A stretch of DNA of 64,000 nt from contig NC_087250.1 of the NCBI RefSeq assembly GCF_037042905.1, positions 9,860,001 to 9,924,000 on the forward strand, written 5' to 3'. The position numbers and the translations under genes are program-made. Within the stretch, counting starts at the first letter, position 1; every line of letters begins with the position of its first letter. The stretch is from Lytechinus pictus. Lineage: Eukaryota. Positions 13,385-26,329 of this stretch are shown here, in pieces. Below the pieces are notes generated by a model. It saw only the letters and a list, made by a program, of their open reading frames with translations, made no database searches and was not told the DNA's origin.

Positions 13385-14995
13385 TTGGGATGCCGTTGGG
13401 ATGAAAGTATATTTCAGGTGGAATTTTCTTTGAAGAAAAAAAAGTTATATTCGTGCCAAATGTATTCTACTGTCTGTTATTATACTTTCAAACATCGTTT
13501 AATAGAAATATATAAATGTCAAATCAATGATTTATATTACATTTTCTATCATGATATGTCACTACTGGAAACCTATGTTTGTGTAGAAAAGTAACGAACA
13601 AAAATATGAAATGTTGTGTCACGTTTTTATTTTTATTTGTCTAAAATATGAAGATGTTTGGGGAAAAATGACACATAAATATTGTTCAACTCCCGATGAA
13701 AAAGCAAAGTGATAGAGGGGCATGATATACTCATTTGTTTGATATCAAATTCGTCATGATAGCACAAATATTTTATAAGATACAGTAAAATCTTATGATG
13801 TTTGGCAAGTGTCAACTTTTCTTTGAGTTTCTTTGGTGTATGTAAATTTTTGGCCTCATGGCAGCGTGCAAAGCCTTTCATATAAATGTTTTTAAAAAAT
13901 ACTGCTAAACCTCGAAAACAAAGAAAAAAGGGTGAAACACTCCATGTAATTTACAAACCAATTCTCCATACGATTACAATCGACAATTGTTCACTGCCAA
14001 ATATTTGTAAAAACATCACAATTCGAAATAATCAATTTACAGTGGTCAGAAAGGATTGTAACATATATATAAAAGGCGTAGAAATGGATAAAACTTCAAT
14101 AGGCCGCTTTCTGAGAACAACAAGGGGAGCCCGGGCTTTAAATCTCAAAAGTACATACACTTGATAGAACTTCCCCTACCAAGGCGGGGAAAACCTGTCC
14201 AGGGTCCCGATATCTCGCAATACTGCATACAAACGTCACCTACTGGCTAGCTCAGTGACTTTGTCAAATTCGAGCAGGCTGGCAAATCACAACCCAGCAT
14301 TCATTACACCGATATAATAATGGGTGTGACGTAATTATGAAAAGTGGGCAGCTCTCCGATAAACAAATCACTGATCGGCCACATGGTTTTCGTCAACGAG
14401 AAAGCCACAAATGTTGAGGATATAAATCCACAGGTGAGAGGTAACTCACTGAGGTTCGAGCCATTATCCATATCAAATTTTTTTCGGTATGGCCTAAATA
14501 GAGATCTCTCTTGGCTGGACAAAATTATATATTTTTTTTTAAATGATTTCAGGAATATTTCATGAGTTAATCAGCAATAATCATCTTACTAGGCTATCAA
14601 TTTACTTTTAGGTACTTTCATTCTTTCTTGTCTAGCACACATTTAATTCTCCTCCAAACATGTTGACACTTGATTTCAAGATAGAGTAATATTGGAGTTC
14701 ATTGTCACCTCATTTTATCCTGAATGAGTCTTATATTAAGAGGCCTTTATCGATTACCTTATTCTTTTAATGCATATTCATGAGTCCAGGACGAAGCTGC
14801 TGTTTTGATACACCAATTTTCGACAGAGACTTTATAGGTTGATCTTTGTCACGAATGGGATTCGATAATACATGTTCTATGTTCTTGAAAGAGTTCTTCG
14901 TCGCAGCGCAACAACTTGATAATGAGATGGGGGTATTGTTGATGAGATATTGCTTGAGTATCGTCTGAGGCGGTTTTCCGTCATGCAAAAGATGT

Positions 14996-15279
14996 GGAGC
15001 GTCGTGGCCCAGTGGATTAGTCTCCGGACTTTGAAACAGAGGGTCTTGGGTTCAAATCCCAGCCATGGCGTAATTTCCTTCAGCAAGGAATTCATCCACA
15101 GTGTGCTGCACTCGACCAAGGTGAGGTAAATGGGTACCGGCAGGAAGTAATTCCTCAGAAAGCAGTGTGCACCTGCTTAGCCGGGTAATAATGGTAGCAG
15201 GGCCTGCTGGGAGAACAGTTTTCGGAACTGAAGTGGCTACCCTGGGTAAAAATACCGTTATTATTATTATTATTATTAT
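14996..15279 (+). mobile_element. tRNA-derived SINE with a different 3' body (paralog ~50612-50847)
   Basis: ggagcgtcgtggcccagtgg...ggttcaaatccc head, shared core and (TTA)n tail. Confidence 0.85.
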
Positions 15280-15654
15280 CATACAGATCGAGCTTGTCTT
15301 GGTGGATACATATTGTAATCCTACCGAGTCTGGCCCGAATGCCTCTGGAAAGCAGACAGCAAAAAAAAAAACACCAAGCATTTTATTTCAGAGACTCAAG
15401 GATGTAGGGAAGGGCAAGGGCAATATCACAGAATATTAACACAGTGACCATACAAAATCAATTCAATTCTTTATTCCATTTCCATTCAAAACACAATACA
15501 AAGAAATATACATCAGATACAATATTAGAGATGAGCATCCTTACTTCGTTAACAAAAAAAATCACAATGTCTTCCCTTTGAAGTAAATAGAAAACAATAA
15601 TAATGTTTGTAACTAATCATTTATATTGGGAGTTATTCATTGTTTAGTCCATAC

Positions 15655-15816
15655 CAGGGCTCCATAACACAAAGGTTTGAACTCAATCGCTAAATACCAA
15701 TGACCAATCAAGATCTTCGTTCCACGCGCACTCTGTTTAAAATACTGACCGGGAACGTTCGGTGCGGTTCTTTCATACATGCAATTCATCGGAAGCCTTT
15801 GTGTTACGGAGCCCTG
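15655..15816. mobile_element. Small MITE
   Basis: cagggctccataacacaaagg and cctttgtgttacggagccctg. Confidence 0.8.
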
Positions 15817-16733
15817 AACGTATTAATCTTGACTCAATGCAATGTCAAAACCTTAATTTGCACCTGCCCCAAATTTAGTGCCGCCCTGTTTCCATGGCAA
15901 TGTACCGGTGCGTTGTTACGTACACCTGGAATCCAAGCAACATGGGCATGATGGGGAAGCTACGAACTTAAGCAGAGGTTCAAGGTTCGAGCCCTGCGTT
16001 ACTGATTAATCGTACGCTTGATTTTTACTATGGATTGTACATCGTATTCAATGCAATACTTAATAACATAATAATTATATACAATTGTTATACAATAATG
16101 GCTTAGCCAGTATATACATACGCAATGGCGGTCATAAAGATACATGATATATAAAATAACCAATGTTACATAGTAATAATGAAAACATATAAAAGTCATT
16201 GTTGCTTTTGTCTGTAATCTGATTGCGCCACACCAGTCGAGCCAGTGCATACAGGGTGCACCTTGGGGGCGTTTGCCCCCCCCCCCCCTCCAAAAAAAAA
16301 ACGCTTTCACCACCAAGACAAAAAAGAGATAAAATGTAAGGAAATAAAACAGAGATGGGTGAAATGTATGTATACTATCATTTTCTGAATATTAAGTCAA
16401 AATCTATCACTAGATTCGATTTTTGTAACAAAAAATATCAAAAGTTTTGCTCGCTCTCTTCGCTCACTCGCAACATTCTATTGATTTGTTTTCCCGGTAC
16501 GCCATATCTGGCACCTCAGTTCCTTTGGCTCATTAAACCACTGAGTCGAGCTGAGTGATTTGTTGAAAATAACATTATCTCCTTACGTTTTGTGCCATGA
16601 ATATTCATGAGGCGTACTGACTAAATAAGCCCCATGATATCGTAATTTAATATGTCAATCGCGTCGTAACCGAATTGAAGCCATTTTAGTCTTTCCCCGG
16701 ATGAATAGCATTTCGGACTTTTCGCAATTATTA

Positions 16734-17006
16734 CGGGGAAACTCTCTACAACGCATCAATCCCTTTGAAATTGCAAGTCAAACAACAATTGAGAGCAGAG
16801 AGGCTTTTGTCGAAAGTTGGTGGACCGGGACAGTATCGAAATATCTCGACTCTGGACAACGACATATTTGCAATCGTTCGCCCGGTGCAAATCGTCGGAT
16901 GATCTGCTGTACCAGTCCACCCACTTTCGACAAAAGCTGCTCAGCTCTCCATTGTGATTTTAATTGCATTTCCAAAGGAATCAGTGCGTTGTAGAGAGTT
17001 TCCCCG
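16734..17006. mobile_element. TA-flanked fold-back MITE just 3' of the gene 2 stop codon (paralog ~52294-52592)
   Basis: ta|cggggaaactctctacaacgca ... tgcgttgtagagagtttccccg|ta; arms about 100 bp. Confidence 0.87.
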
Positions 17007-17028
17007 TAGTAAATGCAAGGAGTCCCTA

Positions 17029-17256
17029 TTAACCACATGAAACAGGGACCTTGCAGACAAAGGGATATTTTAAAAAACAGAATGTGTCTCGCCATCCCGA
17101 ACGTACTACCCAGTACATTGTGCAATATGGATTGGACAAGTCCAGTCCATATCCAGCAAGCCATTTGTTGTAGTTGAACGGTGTCCCATCTGTCCAAACA
17201 AAGGGACCAGGTAAGCTGGGTCGGTGAAGCCCGATCCAGTACCCGTTATCACCAAT
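17029..17256 (-). CDS. Gene 2 CTLD C-terminal exon (IGDNGYWIGLHRPSLPGPFVWTDGTPFNYNKWLAGYGLDLSNPYCTMYWVVRSGWRDTFCFLKYPFVCKVPVSCG*)
   Basis: Translated by hand; absent from the ORF track. WIGL, FVWTDG, YNKW, C..W.D..C and PFVCK motifs; tttccctacag acceptor, phase 0, fits the previous exon; 76 codons to TAA. Confidence 0.93.
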   Translation of the reverse strand: MGDNGYWIGLHRPSLPGPFVWTDGTPFNYNKWLAGYGLDLSNPYCTMYWVVRSGWRDTFCFLKYPFVCKVPVSCG

Positions 17257-17540
17257 CTGTAGGGAAATGACAGATAAAATACCAAAGTAGGCTTACATAT
17301 TTTCGATGAAATCTGGGCCCGTAGCAAAAAGAAAGTTTGAATGTATAACCACATTTGCTTTGATTTTTATGAAAAGCCTGCTGTACTTCTGCCAACAGTT
17401 TTCTCACTAAAAGGCGCCCATGGCTTCATTGTGACACTATCCAAAAGGCGCGTACACCAAAATAACCATTCGAAACCGCACAGAATGGGGCCAAGGCCTT
17501 GAACTTTCCACCCATTTGCATAATTGTTTAATCTTGTAAT

Positions 17541-18278
17541 GGCCCGTATTCTGAAGGCGGGTTTAATTTAAACCCTGGTTTAAAGTTGTGGTTTAACAAT
17601 GGAAAGCCAGTTGTTAAATATATCTCTTACAGTATAAGTTTCATGTATCAGCTCATTTGACTCCCAAAACATTATTAATTGCCTGGGAAGGATAAGTGTG
17701 ACAGTTGTTCTCACCAGTAAAGAATTAGTAAAGAGCCAGTAAACATGAGTAGCATTCTGTAAACAAATTTGAAAAATTTGGCTTCTTATAATTTTAGCAC
17801 AGAGTTATACCCCCGTCACACTTATTCGGAATCAGCAGGAATCGAGCAGAAGCTGGAAAGAAAAAATATTCAAAAAATCTAGAAATTTTTGGGAGGAACT
17901 TATGAAATCATCAAACTGGAGTTGAAATTCAGTAAATTGACCAGGTGTATCATCATACACTAGTCAAATGAACCGCAATGGAGTCAGATTGATAATCGTG
18001 CTACGTTCTTGGACATTCTAGGGGCATTCTAAATATTCTGACTGCATTCTGAGTGCATTCGAAATATTTTTGTCATTTCTTTTGGCCGTCCCGAAGGTTT
18101 TGGTCATGTTCAAAACATTCGAGGGGTATTCTCGAACGATGTTGGAAGTAGATTTAAATGACCAATTGGTGGTCAAACAATAGTCCTTTCATTCAGGTCA
18201 ATTCTGCTTGATTCGGAATAAGTGTGATGGGGGCTTAAGACCATGGTCTAAGCTAAACCCGAATTCAGAATACGGGCC
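17541..18278. mobile_element. MITE (ggcccgtattctgaa TIR) carrying a nested TIR element at 17810-18233
   Basis: Outer ends ggcccgtattctgaa and ttcagaatacgggcc; inner ends cccccgtcacacttattcggaatca and tgattcggaataagtgtgatggggg. Confidence 0.85.
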
Positions 18279-19043
18279 TATGGGTGCATGTTTAGGAATA
18301 AGTGACCCCTTATTCACTGTGATGGAAAATTTTATTTCAAAGCTGTCTTTAGCAGTCTCATTTGGCAGTAATGTTTATCAACCTATGGGCAGAATTATGT
18401 GCAAAAATGAAATCGATTTGTTTATTCATGGATGAGTGAGCACGAATTAAAAAGGGAAAAGGGCGTATTTTCATTGTCACCGACTCTTCTTTAGGGGTTG
18501 TTAAGTGAATCATTGGGGCAAATTCAGATTCAAATGTGACTTCAACTGCTGTTGTTTTTAATCATCCATCATATTTATCACCACGCACTTTCCGAACTTT
18601 TTACACTTTCATGGTTGAGCGAGCACAATCGAAAACTCTTTTTACTGCATAAATGTATTCTTTTCCTAACTCTTTTTACTGCATTCATGTATCATTTTCC
18701 TAACAATTTCTCAGGATCAGTTGAATTCATGGACAAATCAAGGCAGAATTTGAAAGTGGAGAGGGGCCAAGAAATTGGGGGAGGAGAGCGACTAACATTT
18801 TCCAATTTTAACATGTTTTAACTACCATTAACCCCTATGATGATCATGATACATCACAAAAAAATTGTGCTCACTCAACCATTATCAAAATTTTGTGTGG
18901 AGTGGCTAATTAATGGATAGTAAAACATAAAATTCACAAAAAAAACATACAGCAACAACCTTTGCCTTACTTTCTGTTTACACCATCTGAAAAACGACTC
19001 TTGTGACTTTCAAAAATAGTCATTTTTAATTCAATCTTTGATT

Positions 19044-19480
19044 CACCGGCGTAAATCCACTGTGAGGAGTGGGGAATGATTGACTTTTTTGACGATTTTA
19101 TTTTCTGTCGATCTGACACTTGGGTATAAACACACACTCTCACTGACCCCCACAGACCCCCTTACACACATTTTTATATTTATTTTGCGAGTGATTACAA
19201 TTTTCTAGTTTTTAATCGCTTTTCCTAACATAAATTCTAAAATATGAGCGAGCAAAGCGTGCAAGCCAAAAATAACCACCTTTTTTGTTTTCAATCGCAT
19301 TTTCAAATAGAAATTCTAAAATATGATGGTTGTTTATGACAGATATTCAAAGATTTTACTAACGGATTAATTAAAATATATTTTCTTTCTTAAAAAGTGG
19401 ATGGATATTTGTACACGCCATCCCCCCTCTCCAAAAAGTGGGGGGATGTATCCCCCGTCCCCCCGGGATTTACGCCAATG
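19044..19480. mobile_element. hAT-like non-autonomous element with an 8-bp TSD
   Basis: ctttgatt|caccggcgtaaatcc ... ggatttacgccaatg|ctttgatt. Confidence 0.85.
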
Positions 19481-20535
19481 CTTTGATTACTCATGCATGA
19501 CGCAACTGATCAATCTCATTCCCCCCAGGAGTTGCTTAATGAGTGTAGACAACCACCTACGAAATATCATATTCTAAAATTATTCCGTTCAAAAGTTACA
19601 GCATTTTTATTTAGGGGGGAATTACTTTTTTGTTGTGTATATGTATGACTATATATTTAATCAAATCAAATCGGTCGTGCGATCCAAAAGAGTAAATAGG
19701 GGGTAGTTTCATTAATATTTAAATATTGATGAAACACCGGGTCACTCGGCGGGAGCGTTGGTAATTTCACCGAGCCTATTTATCAATCTATTTCAGGAGG
19801 TAAATCTACTTAAAAACAAACATTTTTTAAAACGTTTAACAAATCTTGAAAAAAGCTTAGTTGAAATATTCTTTTAAAAATGTGTTTGATGATTTTTTAA
19901 CAGACTTTGATGTTCCTGTCATTACAGGTTGATAACATTGAAAGATAATTTTTAGCATTGAAAATATGTTATTAAGATGTTTCTTTAATTTCTGAACAAA
20001 AATCATCATGAAAATGTGGAAAATGGTTTTGTTAAACACTGATGAATTCTTCTCTATTAAGGATTTTGATAAACGTAAAAAAATATTTAAAATAGTGTTC
20101 AATATCTTCTAAATACTTTATCATGACCTTTCTAGAACGTTAAATGTTATTGAAGTAATATTTTGATAACATTTAAAAAAATGTTTTGTTTCTGAAAAGT
20201 ATAATTAGTATGATATTATCAAAGCGTAAAAAAAAATTTACGTTTCGGGAAAACAAAAGATAATTCTTGTAAAGAATATTTAGCTATAATATTTTGAGAA
20301 CATATTTTCTAAACTTTTATACAACTTTTAAATGCATTAATTAAGTTTTACCAAAGTTTCAAGATGGTATTTTCTTATATCAAATGTATTTACCAACGCC
20401 GTAAATATAGAGATGTTAGTAAAACGTTATTTTGTTTCTGAAAAACAATATGCATCATAATAACATCAAAATAAGGATATTTGTTTTCTAATATGTTTAG
20501 TTATTTGTTTTAATATATACCAATACATATATATA

Positions 20536-21355
20536 CAGTGCGTCCCAGAATAAACGAAACCGAGATTTAGCGATGATTTATCATAACTTAATCATAAATA
20601 CAATATACAAATTACCTATCAATGTAAAGCTTAGAATCTCCTCTTTCATCTGATATTACTTAGATTATTTCTCATTCACGCATGAGTGAGCAAAAACAAT
20701 TTGAATAAAGGATACCAAAAACTCATTTGGCGGGGGGTATCTGAATTTCAAAAAGAAAATCACATGCCTAAAAAGTTCAATATCTGCTCTTTCATTTGAT
20801 ACCTTAATCACAAAAAATGGTCCAGAAGTAAAAAAGTTATGTTCCCTCGAAACAATGCTTGTATTTCCATAATTTCATTAAATAAACTTGTTTTCACCGG
20901 TTTCCCACAGAAGCTATCGCACGGTTAACAAAAGACTTAGTGCATGGCTGATCTTCAACAAAACGGAGTATCGAGTGAGTTTGAACGCTAGCCTGTAAAA
21001 CCTCTTCATCTTATGAAATTATTGAAATTCAAGCCTTATTTCAAATAACCAGAACTTTCTTATTTCTTGACCATTTTCTGTAATTGAGGTATCAAATTAA
21101 AGAGGAGATATTGAACTTTTTTAAAATGTGGTTTTCGTTTTGAAACCCAGATACAGCCCGCCAAATGACGTTTCGTTATCCCCTCTTCAAATTGTTTTTG
21201 CTCACTCATGCGTGAATGAAAAATGATCTAAGTAATTCCAGATGAAAGAGGAGATTCTAAGCTTTACAATGGTAGGTCATTTGTCTATTGTATTTGTGAT
21301 TAAGTTATGATAAATTATTGATAAATCTCGGTTTCGTTTTTTGTGGGAAGCACTG
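20536..21355. mobile_element. Tc1/mariner-type MITE with long (~300-bp) TIRs
   Basis: ta|cagtgcgtcccagaataaacgaaaccgagattt ... aaatctcggtttcgttttttgtgggaagcactg|ta. Confidence 0.88.
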
Positions 21356-21466
21356 TATATAATAATATACCAAGTATATTTCAGCGCCTTGAGCACATAA
21401 TCAATGTGGATTTGGCGCTTTATAAATACTCTATGTTATTATTATTATTATTATTATTAATAGCAT

Positions 21467-21580
21467 CAGTGGCGGACCGTGACTCGGAGGAGACAAAGCA
21501 ATGGAGGGGCCCTGTATTGTTTGCGAACAATGCTGTGCCCCTCCAATGCTTTGTCTCCTCCGGGTCACGGTCCGCCGCTG
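21467..21580. mobile_element. 114-bp fully palindromic hAT-like MITE with a perfect 8-bp TSD
   Basis: aatagcat|cagtggcggaccgtgac ... gtcacggtccgccgctg|aatagcat. Confidence 0.92.
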
Positions 21581-22447
21581 AATAGCATATTTTCACAATT
21601 TTTCAAGAACGTTTGTTGTTATTGTCACACACAATGCTGAACATTACAAAATGTGAGTAAATATATATGTGTATATATTAATGTTAAAATTATATCATAA
21701 AAATGTCAAAATAAGGATGTTTCTGATATTTTGTTAAACATCATTAAAAACATTGTAAAAACATTGCTAAAAATGTTTTGTTATAATATTTGAGAAACAT
21801 AAACATGGCCGTGGGGCGTTACTAAACCGAATGTAAGTAAAGGTGACAAAATAATTACAATTATATTACTGTATTTGCTTCGAGGGTCAATTCAGGGAAT
21901 ACTTGTTAAGGGTACAGTCTTATTTCCAATACTTGTTAGGGTACGGTTTCACACGCCAATACTTGTTAAGGGGTGTATTTTCAGAACATGGAAAATACTT
22001 GTTTAGGGTGCTTTTCGAAACCCAATGGACGTGCCTAGTATCCATTCGTCAATAGAAGTGCCCCCCCCCCCCCCCCGGATCGCCCCGGATAGGTCTAATG
22101 ATTCAAAAGGCTAAACAAAACAATTGCTGCATACCACACATTTAAGTTAGGGCCTTTTCACACGTAAATCTTGAATCATCATTGCAATGATGATTGCAAT
22201 TCGTCTTTAGAATCATCGGACCTTTCACACGGAAAATTCGTATCGTAATTTGAATGAAACCAAACTGGAATTCACCTCAGGAATAGAATTTGAATTCGTG
22301 AATGTGATTAGCGTTCGTGATTCTAGTTTGGTTCCAAACGTGCAAAAAAAATCGTCACTAGCCTTTTTTTTTTTACTGGAATCGTCGTTCAAATTACGAT
22401 TTTTTTTTTCCCTGAGAAAGGACGGTTAGTGACCTGAAAATACTCAC

Positions 22448-22635
22448 TAGCTTTCGCAATGTAGTTGTGAAATTTAGTTCCTCTTCACTATGGATAGAAA
22501 CCAGATCCCCACGACATGACTGTCCACTGGTGAAATTACGACAGGTATACATGGCGCCTGTAAAGCTTGCTAACTCGTAAAATGATTCGTAGCAACTTCT
22601 TTCAAAGAGTTTCCATGATGAATACGGGCAAAGAT
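22448..22635 (-). CDS. Gene 2 C-type lectin-like domain, N-terminal exon (DLCPYSSWKLFERSCYESF...CRNF...DLVSIHSEEELNF...RKL)
   Basis: Long-form CTLD motifs CP..W..F..SCY, A..C and LVSIHSEEE; cctgcag acceptor (phase 1, fits the EGF exon) and gtgagt donor (phase 0). Confidence 0.92.
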
Positions 22636-22642
22636 CTGCAGG

Positions 22643-22913
22643 TAATAATAATAATAGGCATTTATATGGCGCCATCTATCTAGAAATATTCTATTCCGAG
22701 GCGCGTTGTTATTAGTATTATTACCCCGGCTTTAGCTCGAGCTGCCTTTCAGCGCTCATGCATTCAAGGAATTAATCCTGCTGGGTACCCATTCACCTCA
22801 TCTGTGTTGAGTGCAGCACAGTGTGGATACATTTCTTGCTGAAGGCTGGGATTCGAACCCACAACCCTCTGTTTCAAAGTCAGAAGACTTATCCACTGGG
22901 CCATAACGCTCCA
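22643..22913 (-). mobile_element. tRNA-derived SINE abutting the CTLD exon acceptor (paralog 53543-53809; 3'-truncated copy 34127-34354)
   Basis: A/B boxes, shared core and (TTA)n tail. Confidence 0.85.
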
Positions 22914-23242
22914 CAATGTACAACAAAGAAAAGCAGAGATGGTGCCTATTATTAATTAAAATAGTTGGAATTCGGAGGGGTTTGAGTAATTTGTCTACTA
23001 TTAAATCATACTGCATAGCTCATGTAGCTCTGATGCACATCGGGAATGCATTCACCCTTTGTATTCACAATGCAGTGTAACGGCAATCGCAGGTATAGCC
23101 AAAGATACTACAAGGCGAAGATCGGACACTTCGACGGTTTTTTGAAACGCTCGATATATGCTTATGGGGAAGGGCGCCAAACAGCGTTGAGTAAGTAAAC
23201 CTTCGCATACCTGCACGTGACTGTGTATAATAATAATAATAA

Positions 23243-23283
<41 letters not shown>

Positions 23284-23285
<2 letters not shown>

Positions 23286-23793
23286 CCTGTAGTAGAGAAC
23301 GACGATGTAAAACTTTTATGGGATTTTAATATCCAGACAGACAAGGTCATTGAAGCTAGACGACCAGACATCGTTCTCTTAAAGAAGAAGGAAAAGGAAT
23401 GTCTCATCATAGATATTGCGATTCCGGGAGACTGCAGAGCTTGGCGTAAAGAGGAGGAAAAGATACAGAAGTATAACGATCTGGCATGGGAGCTGAGAAG
23501 GATATGGAAGGTGAAGACGAAGGTGGTACCAATAGTCATCGGAGCCTTTAACAACAAGACACAGAAGCTGTCTGGCTGTTCTAGGAGTCGAGGTGTCCTT
23601 TGAAACGATACAGAAGGCAAGCTTGCCTGGAACAGCTCATATCTTACGGAAGGTCTTGAATTAGAAAGAGAAGTGAACAATGAGAAGAGGACCCATTTGA
23701 TAGAATATAGAACAATAACCCTAGATTTCTGGAAGAAGTCCGGTTGCTGTTTAATATACCAACATAACATCAAGTTGTGGACAATGGAAATAC
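23284..23793 (+). mobile_element. 5'-truncated copy of a second R4/Dong-like family (RLE domain plus 3' UTR)
   Basis: Encodes LLWDFNIQTDKVIEARRPDIV...IIDIAIP...KIQKYNDL...VVPIVIGA; lies between (TAA)n tracts at 23228-23283 and 23794-23841. Confidence 0.9.
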
Positions 23794-23841
<48 letters not shown>

Positions 23842-25898
23842 GAAGAAATTATGGTCAAATAAAGAAAAGGAAAATCTTATGACTTGCTTCTACTTTGCGA
23901 CTGATGTATCTCATAAAACTAGACATTTAAGGGAAAGCATCCATATTGTATTTGCAGCGTGCACCCGGCGGGCACACCCCCGCTGCGGTGATTAGTGAAC
24001 AGTGTGTATCTCGCCGCTAGATGCAGCTAGCGGCAGCGCGCTGTACCAATTAAAGCGGATTAACAGGAAAATCGATCCTTGCAGCTTTCTCGCAGCTTGC
24101 ACGCCGCCTGCACGCAGCTAGCTGTGCTTGCGAGCGAATCTCTCCTTTTCACTTAATTCGGTCTATTGATTGTCTTGTCGACAGGGCCAGGTTTCATGTT
24201 GAGTTATTTTGAGTACATAACGATGTATTTACGAAATGTTTGATTGACGATGCAACGCATTTTTTGTGTGTATATTTTGAATGTTTCTTGAAGAATAAAA
24301 AGCTTTAAAAATGTATTAAGTGAACACCCACGTCCCGCTTTTTTCTCGTCTGTTGCGTGAATTGCATGTGGAGGCTTGTTCATGTATTTGTTTTGATGTT
24401 TAAATTATGGCGGATCACAGATAGGATATTGCGTGGCGCTCGGTTTTTGAACGGGGATTGACTTTGTAAAAGTTGTACTTTGTTACTTTGAATCAACCTT
24501 GCAATTAACGACAGAAATATCCCATTCATAAATCTGTGGAATGGTCGGACGTATAATCGGTGTCTCATGCATTTAATATTATATCTCTTAATCTAATCGA
24601 CATATAACTCTCTTAATTTTCGACATAATTTTTGTAATAAAACGAAATATGCCTATTAAATCGACAATTGCTCCACGAAGTAAATGCGAAAATGATGCTG
24701 CCCCGATAATATTGCTGCACCGACATGTTCTCCGCTGTCCTTTTTTTTTACAGACAAAATATTTGTAGTACATGTAGCTCCTCGACGTTCCTTTTCTTTC
24801 TTTGTAATAGTTGTATCTTTATTTGTTCGTACTTTTACAATGTTTCGTACATGTCATGACAGAATTATGAAATGTGATATTTATACTTTATAATGATAAT
24901 ACTAAAGATAGTGCAAGTGCAGTGGCGTAACAGGTGGGGTGCAGGGGGCGGACTGCTCCCCCGCCCCCGCGGAGCTCACTGGGAAAATGAAATGTTAAAT
25001 AATGGGAAAGAGGAAATGAAAAGGGGAGAAAGATGGAAAAGGGAAGAAAAGGAAGAAAACGAGAGAGGGAAATGGAAAAGAAAAGGTCAGAAGGAACATG
25101 AAGGGAAGATAAAAGATAAAACGGAAGGAACGAGAAAAAAGGAAAGAAGAGCATGTGAGAGAGTAAAAAACATTAGAACGAGTGATCGAGGAAGTGGATA
25201 CAATTAAGGAAATGACAAAATTGAACGGGAATTTATGGCGAAAAGAGAAAGAAAAGGAAAAACGGGAAATGGAAGTACAATGAAATGTAAATTATATGTA
25301 AAAACAAATAACCGCATTCATTGGCTGCGGAAGCCAAAACATTAACGGGGGGTCCACCAGAAATGGGATGGACACAGGTAAAAAAATTTGACAAGCCAAA
25401 AAAAAAAGGCCATCAACCTAAATTTTAAGGGGGTCCACGTGAATTAGGGGGGACGCAGGAAAAAAAATGAAAAGCAAAAAAAAAAGTTATTATTTTTTTT
25501 TTTTTGGGGGGGACCGTCCCCCACCTCCAATTTAGGAGGGGGGTGGGGCAGGTCCCCCGCCCCCCCCCCCTTTGCTATCAACCACTGTAACGCCCCGGAG
25601 ATGGCATGGAGAATGATGGTGATATGATTATACTTTTGATGATCCTTTGTCCATAGTTTTGCTTTTATTGCAAAACGTTTATTCTTCTCTTTTGATGAAG
25701 GCCCGAAAGCTTTTGCATGGCTAAAAACGAAACATTACACGGATAACTACGTCTCACCATGGATCCTCCGAGAACACGCATCGATCTTACATTATCTTGT
25801 ATGATCTAATGACAACCTGTTTAATATCGAACGCTATCTCTGACTATTCTCCAAACGCAGACCCGACTATGATTTCAAAGGGAGTAATACGGTATTAC

Positions 25899-25946
25899 AC
25901 TACTACTACTACTACTACGACTACTACTACAACTACTACTATTACT
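25899..25946 (+). repeat. (ACT)n microsatellite
   Basis: Direct reading. Confidence 0.9.
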
Positions 25947-26060
25947 CTTGCCTATATGCAGGAGTTTTTTGCTGAAGGAATTGACGCGGTGATGAAAATA
26001 ATGAAAAATTATTGCCGTTCTCAGTGTCAATCATTTTCTCTACCTCTCGGAGTTAAGGAG

Positions 26061-26281
26061 CATTGGCGGCGGAAGCCACAAATTTCTTCTTTTTTTTGGG
26101 GGGGGGGGGGCGCAGGAAACGAAATTGACAAGCAAAAAAACAGGTTATCAACCAAAATTTCAGGGAAGGGACTACCAAAAAATTTTGACAGAAAAGAGGT
26201 AATCAACAAGATTTTTTATTTTATTTTTTTTTTTGGGGGGGGGGGGGAGGGGCACGTCCCCCCTCGCTTCCACCGCCTATG
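26061..26281. mobile_element. hAT-like MITE nested in the 5.3-kb element
   Basis: ttaaggag|cattggcggcggaagc ... gcttccaccgcctatg|tttaggag (TSD matches at 7 of 8). Confidence 0.72.
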
Positions 26282-26329
26282 TTTAGGAGTAGGCCCTTAT
26301 AATTAATTTAGAATATCATAAATACCCAT

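Larger units (their letters stand above)
1..23230. repeat. Segmental duplication copy A (aligns to 35014-54125 apart from indels)
   Basis: Starts gcgtttcggggggtgctgcatatgggg, as at 35014 and 54469; collinear throughout, and the ORF track repeats at an offset of about 35010. Confidence 0.97.

Noticed and set aside
14767..14988. 73-aa minus-strand ORF as an extra exon
   Set aside because: In-frame stop in copy B and no domain motif.
14996..15065. tRNA genes at the A/B-box sequences
   Set aside because: Each continues into the shared SINE core and tail; they are SINE heads.
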